Assembly: GCA_016709145.1 (NCBI GenBank)
Contig: JADJEK010000007.1
Location: 35,630 to 99,629, forward strand
Length of the DNA stretch: 64,000 bases
DNA from: Planctomycetota bacterium
Lineage (GTDB): Bacteria; Planctomycetota; B15-G4; JADJEK01
Direction of reading: 5' to 3'
The notes under the pieces: model-generated
Databases searched by the model: none
Told to the model about the DNA's origin: nothing
Seen by the model: the letters and a program-made list of their open reading frames with translations, nothing else
Shown here: in pieces, positions 61,561 to 64,000 of the stretch
Position numbering within the stretch: the stretch's first letter is position 1
How the letters are laid out: each line of letters opens with the position of its first letter
Translations under genes and position numbers: made by a program

Positions 61561-62082
61561 TCAACGACCGAGCACTTCGAGTCGCGCGAGCGCGACGTCA
61601 CGGACCGGCCCGTCCGGCGACGTCGCCGACAACTCGCGGTAGCGATCGCGCGCGCGCTCGACGTCGAAGTCTTCGTATCCACGAGCGACGACGAGACGCG
61701 CGAACTCGGGATCGTCGGCGGGATCGTCGAAGGGTTCGGGCGCCGGCGCGGATGGACGCGGCAACGCTTCGATGCGCCGCGCGAGCGCGTCGAGTTCGAG
61801 CATCAGTGCGCGCGACGACGGGAGCGCGGCGAGTTCGTTCGAGCCCACGTCCGCCGGCGCATCGCGGCGCGCGAGCACGAACGCGAACAGCGCGAGCGCG
61901 GCCGCGGCGAGCGTGAATCCAGCGGCGCGGCGTAGGTCGAATCGCGGCGCCGTGCGTCGTGCCGGGAAGCGATCGAGGATCTCCGCGCGCAACGTCGCAC
62001 GCGGTGCGGGCGGATCGTCGGATCGCAGCGCATCGAGTGCGCGTTCGAACTCGTCCTGCGGATCGTGTGCAGAGGGGTTCAT
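61561..62082 (-). CDS. Putative single-pass anti-sigma factor
   Basis: ATGA overlap with the ECF gene; short cytoplasmic N-terminus, TM GFTLAAAALALFAFVL, C-terminal TPR-like helix pair. Confidence 0.65.
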   Translation of the reverse strand: MNPSAHDPQDEFERALDALRSDDPPAPRATLRAEILDRFPARRTAPRFDLRRAAGFTLAAAALALFAFVLARRDAPADVGSNELAALPSSRALMLELDALARRIEALPRPSAPAPEPFDDPADDPEFARLVVARGYEDFDVERARDRYRELSATSPDGPVRDVALARLEVLGR

Positions 62083-62633
62083 CGCGGCGACTCCTCGATG
62101 CGCGACGCGTCGAGCATCCATCGCAATCGCTCACGGGCTTCGAACACGAGCCGGCGAACGCTGCCTTCGGGAAGATCGAGCGCGCGCGCGACGTCGCTCG
62201 CAGGCAAGCCCTCGACGTGCCGCAGCACGAACGCCTCCCGATGCGCAACAGGAAGGCGCGCGATCGCCGCGCGCAGCCGCGCCGCGAGTTCGACGCGATC
62301 CGTCGTGTCCATGCCTTCGGAGGGCGCGACGACGTCGACTTCGTCGAGGCTCGTCGTGGTGCGACGCGACCGGCGCGCCCGACGCACGACGTTGACGGCG
62401 ATCCCGAACATGAAAGTCCGGAAAGCCGAAGTCGCGCGGAAGTCGGGAAGAGCACGGACCAAGGTCACGAAGGTCTCCTGGGTGAGGTCGTCCAACTCCT
62501 CGGCCGACACGCCGAGACGCCAGAGGAACTTGCGCAGTGGCGGCGTCTGGGTGTCGACGAGCCTCGCGAAGGCCTCCTGGTCACCGCGTTTGGCGCGGTC
62601 CACGAGCAGCGAGTCGTCGACGTCGTCGGTCAT
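62079..62633 (-). CDS. ECF RNA polymerase sigma factor
   Basis: AKRGDQEAFARLV, DDLTQETF, FRTFMFGIAVN, REAFVLRHVEGL..PEGSVRRLVFEAR. Confidence 0.9.
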   Translation of the reverse strand: MTDDVDDSLLVDRAKRGDQEAFARLVDTQTPPLRKFLWRLGVSAEELDDLTQETFVTLVRALPDFRATSAFRTFMFGIAVNVVRRARRSRRTTTSLDEVDVVAPSEGMDTTDRVELAARLRAAIARLPVAHREAFVLRHVEGLPASDVARALDLPEGSVRRLVFEARERLRWMLDASRIEESPR

Positions 62634-62897
62634 GGCTCGCCGTTTCACGCGGGGAGCCGGGCGACCGTCGTCCGACTCATCCGTCGTCGTGAGGGACAGT
62701 GCGGATCCAGGCGTTCGGAGAAAACGCAAAGGAACCGTGCGCGCTGCGAACGTGGGCCATCCCCACCGCTTCCCACGAAAGGAGTCAGCCCCCGGGCGGC
62801 GTCGCCCGACTTCCCGCGAAGCCCGGTCGCTTCCCGAGCGGATGCGCACGGGGGCTGCCCCCTTTCGTGGCCGTTACGGCGCCTTGACCTGCGTCGG

Positions 62898-62926
62898 TTG
62901 ATTCCCCGTCCGGGCGCCGGTAGTGT
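62898..62926 (+). promoter_or_regulatory. sigma70-type promoter TTGATT-N17-TAGTGT
   Basis: Hexamers at 62898-62903 and 62921-62926, upstream of the lipoprotein gene. Confidence 0.5.
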
Positions 62927-62962
62927 CCGCACGACCTCCCTCCTTGCAAGGTGCAGTGCCCG

Positions 62963-63703
62963 ATGAACCGACGGTGGTTGGCGCAACTTCTCCTCGTGAC
63001 CGCCGCGTTGTTGCCGGTCGGATGCGCGACGCCGACCCCGAACGACCTCGTGCTGCTCGACTTCGAAGGCGGCGCCGCACGCTACGGGCTCTCGACCGAG
63101 GACGGGATCGTCGCTCTCGCGGGCGACGACCTGAACGTGTCCCAGCTCCCGATCCGCTACTGGTTCCGCTCGTCACCGATCCGCGACGACGCCCGCGTCC
63201 TGCAGCGGACCAACACGCTGGCCCTGCTGGCCCCGGTCGCGACCCGACTCGAATGGACCGAGTTCGGCACGAACGGTCCCGAGCCGGGTGAGGACCTCTA
63301 CGTCCAGCTCCTCGACGAGCACGACCCCGAACACCTGCCGTACCTCATCGAGGCCGAGTTGTTCGACGACGGCGCGCTCGGCGACGTGATCGAACTCGAT
63401 TCGTGGTTCGTCGACGAGGACGACGTCGCGGCGCGCTTCTCCGGCGCCGGCGTCTACGCCAAACGCCTCGGCCGCTACGTCCTGCTCGGAATCCTGACCG
63501 GAACGGTGGTCACGGCGCCGCGGACGGGGTTCTGGTCGTTCCTCGGCTCCAGCGAAGGCATGCCGTTCGTGGGTCTGGACGGCATCGCACCGGTGCTGCC
63601 GAAGTCGAGCAACTTCTTCGAACGCCGCATGCGCGCGTTCCGGCCGGACTTCGAGTACGGACTCGACGAGGACGGCCAGGAAACCAACCGCCGCACCCAG
63701 TGA
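62963..63703 (+). CDS. Lipoprotein of unknown function (possible degenerate trypsin-like fold)
   Basis: MNRRW..LLPVGC lipobox; FSGAGVY..LLGILTG. Confidence 0.75.
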   Translation: MNRRWLAQLLLVTAALLPVGCATPTPNDLVLLDFEGGAARYGLSTEDGIVALAGDDLNVSQLPIRYWFRSSPIRDDARVLQRTNTLALLAPVATRLEWTEFGTNGPEPGEDLYVQLLDEHDPEHLPYLIEAELFDDGALGDVIELDSWFVDEDDVAARFSGAGVYAKRLGRYVLLGILTGTVVTAPRTGFWSFLGSSEGMPFVGLDGIAPVLPKSSNFFERRMRAFRPDFEYGLDEDGQETNRRTQ

Positions 63704-63772
63704 TCCGCGCGGATCGCCGGCCGCTCGCGGGGTGAGCGCGGCGTGCGTTACGAAGTGTGCGGTTCCACCGCG

Positions 63773-63801
63773 TTGACCCCCCCGCACGCGGCCTCTACAA
63801 C
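63773..63801 (+). promoter_or_regulatory. sigma70-type promoter TTGACC-N17-TACAAC
   Basis: Hexamers at 63773-63778 and 63796-63801. Confidence 0.5.
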
Positions 63802-63907
63802 ACCACCTTTTCCATCGACCGGCGGAAACGCCGTGTGAGATCCGCGCCACCCGCCCTGCTCGCCGGAGCGGACCAAACGGCTCTCCAAAGTCCGACCTGG
63901 GATCGCC

Positions 63908-64000
63908 ATGCTCGCCGAAACCGCGACCGCGCCCATCACGGGTTTCACGCCGCTCGTTCCGTACGTCCTGGTCGCACTGACCGTCTTCGCGGTGCTGATG
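63908..64000 (+). CDS. N-terminus of a membrane protein truncated by the window edge (possibly NuoA-like)
   Basis: MLAETATAPITGFTPLVPYVLVALTVFAVLM, open to the edge; identity not resolvable from 31 codons. Confidence 0.45.
   Translation, partial: MLAETATAPITGFTPLVPYVLVALTVFAVLM

Overview
High-GC bacterial chromosomal DNA, mostly housekeeping, with no integrase, transposase, phage genes or CRISPR array. It is most likely a Planctomycetota genome; this is an inference from the ECF-sigma/Ser-Thr-kinase pair, DUF1501-DUF1800, DUF1579, NPCBM protein, groEL-groES-groEL-dnaJ-grpE cluster and BMC shell gene. Left to right: a truncated microcompartment shell gene not in the ORF track; a family III CoA-transferase; a complete mreB-mreC-mreD-mrdA-rodA elongasome with a tandem-domain MreC; lnt-moeA; a REP-like element; an RND pump; tRNA-Ala(CGC); an ECF/kinase pair; gpmI; a four-gene FHA-GAF-sigma54 activator / secreted pseudopeptidase / membrane kinase / secreted helical protein operon bracketed by two oppositely oriented arrays of one 12-bp GGCCCGGGTGNN repeat; hldE-lpxL; a candidate orphan sRNA; an nrdR / NrdD-like / smc operon; yidC; radC; a chaperone cluster with a frameshifted groEL; a radical SAM gene; DUF1501/DUF1800; and an ECF/anti-sigma unit. 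The best candidate for an undescribed system is the nrdR operon. Its middle gene is an apparently catalytically dead class III ribonucleotide reductase homologue that keeps two ATP-cone domains but lacks the finger-loop cysteines, Zn finger and glycyl-radical loop. It overlaps the nrdR stop, ends 4 bp before smc, and sits behind a promoter with tandem NrdR-box-like sites. All family calls are by-eye motif recognition; no searches were run. Many long ORFs in the supplied track are antisense or out-of-frame shadows.
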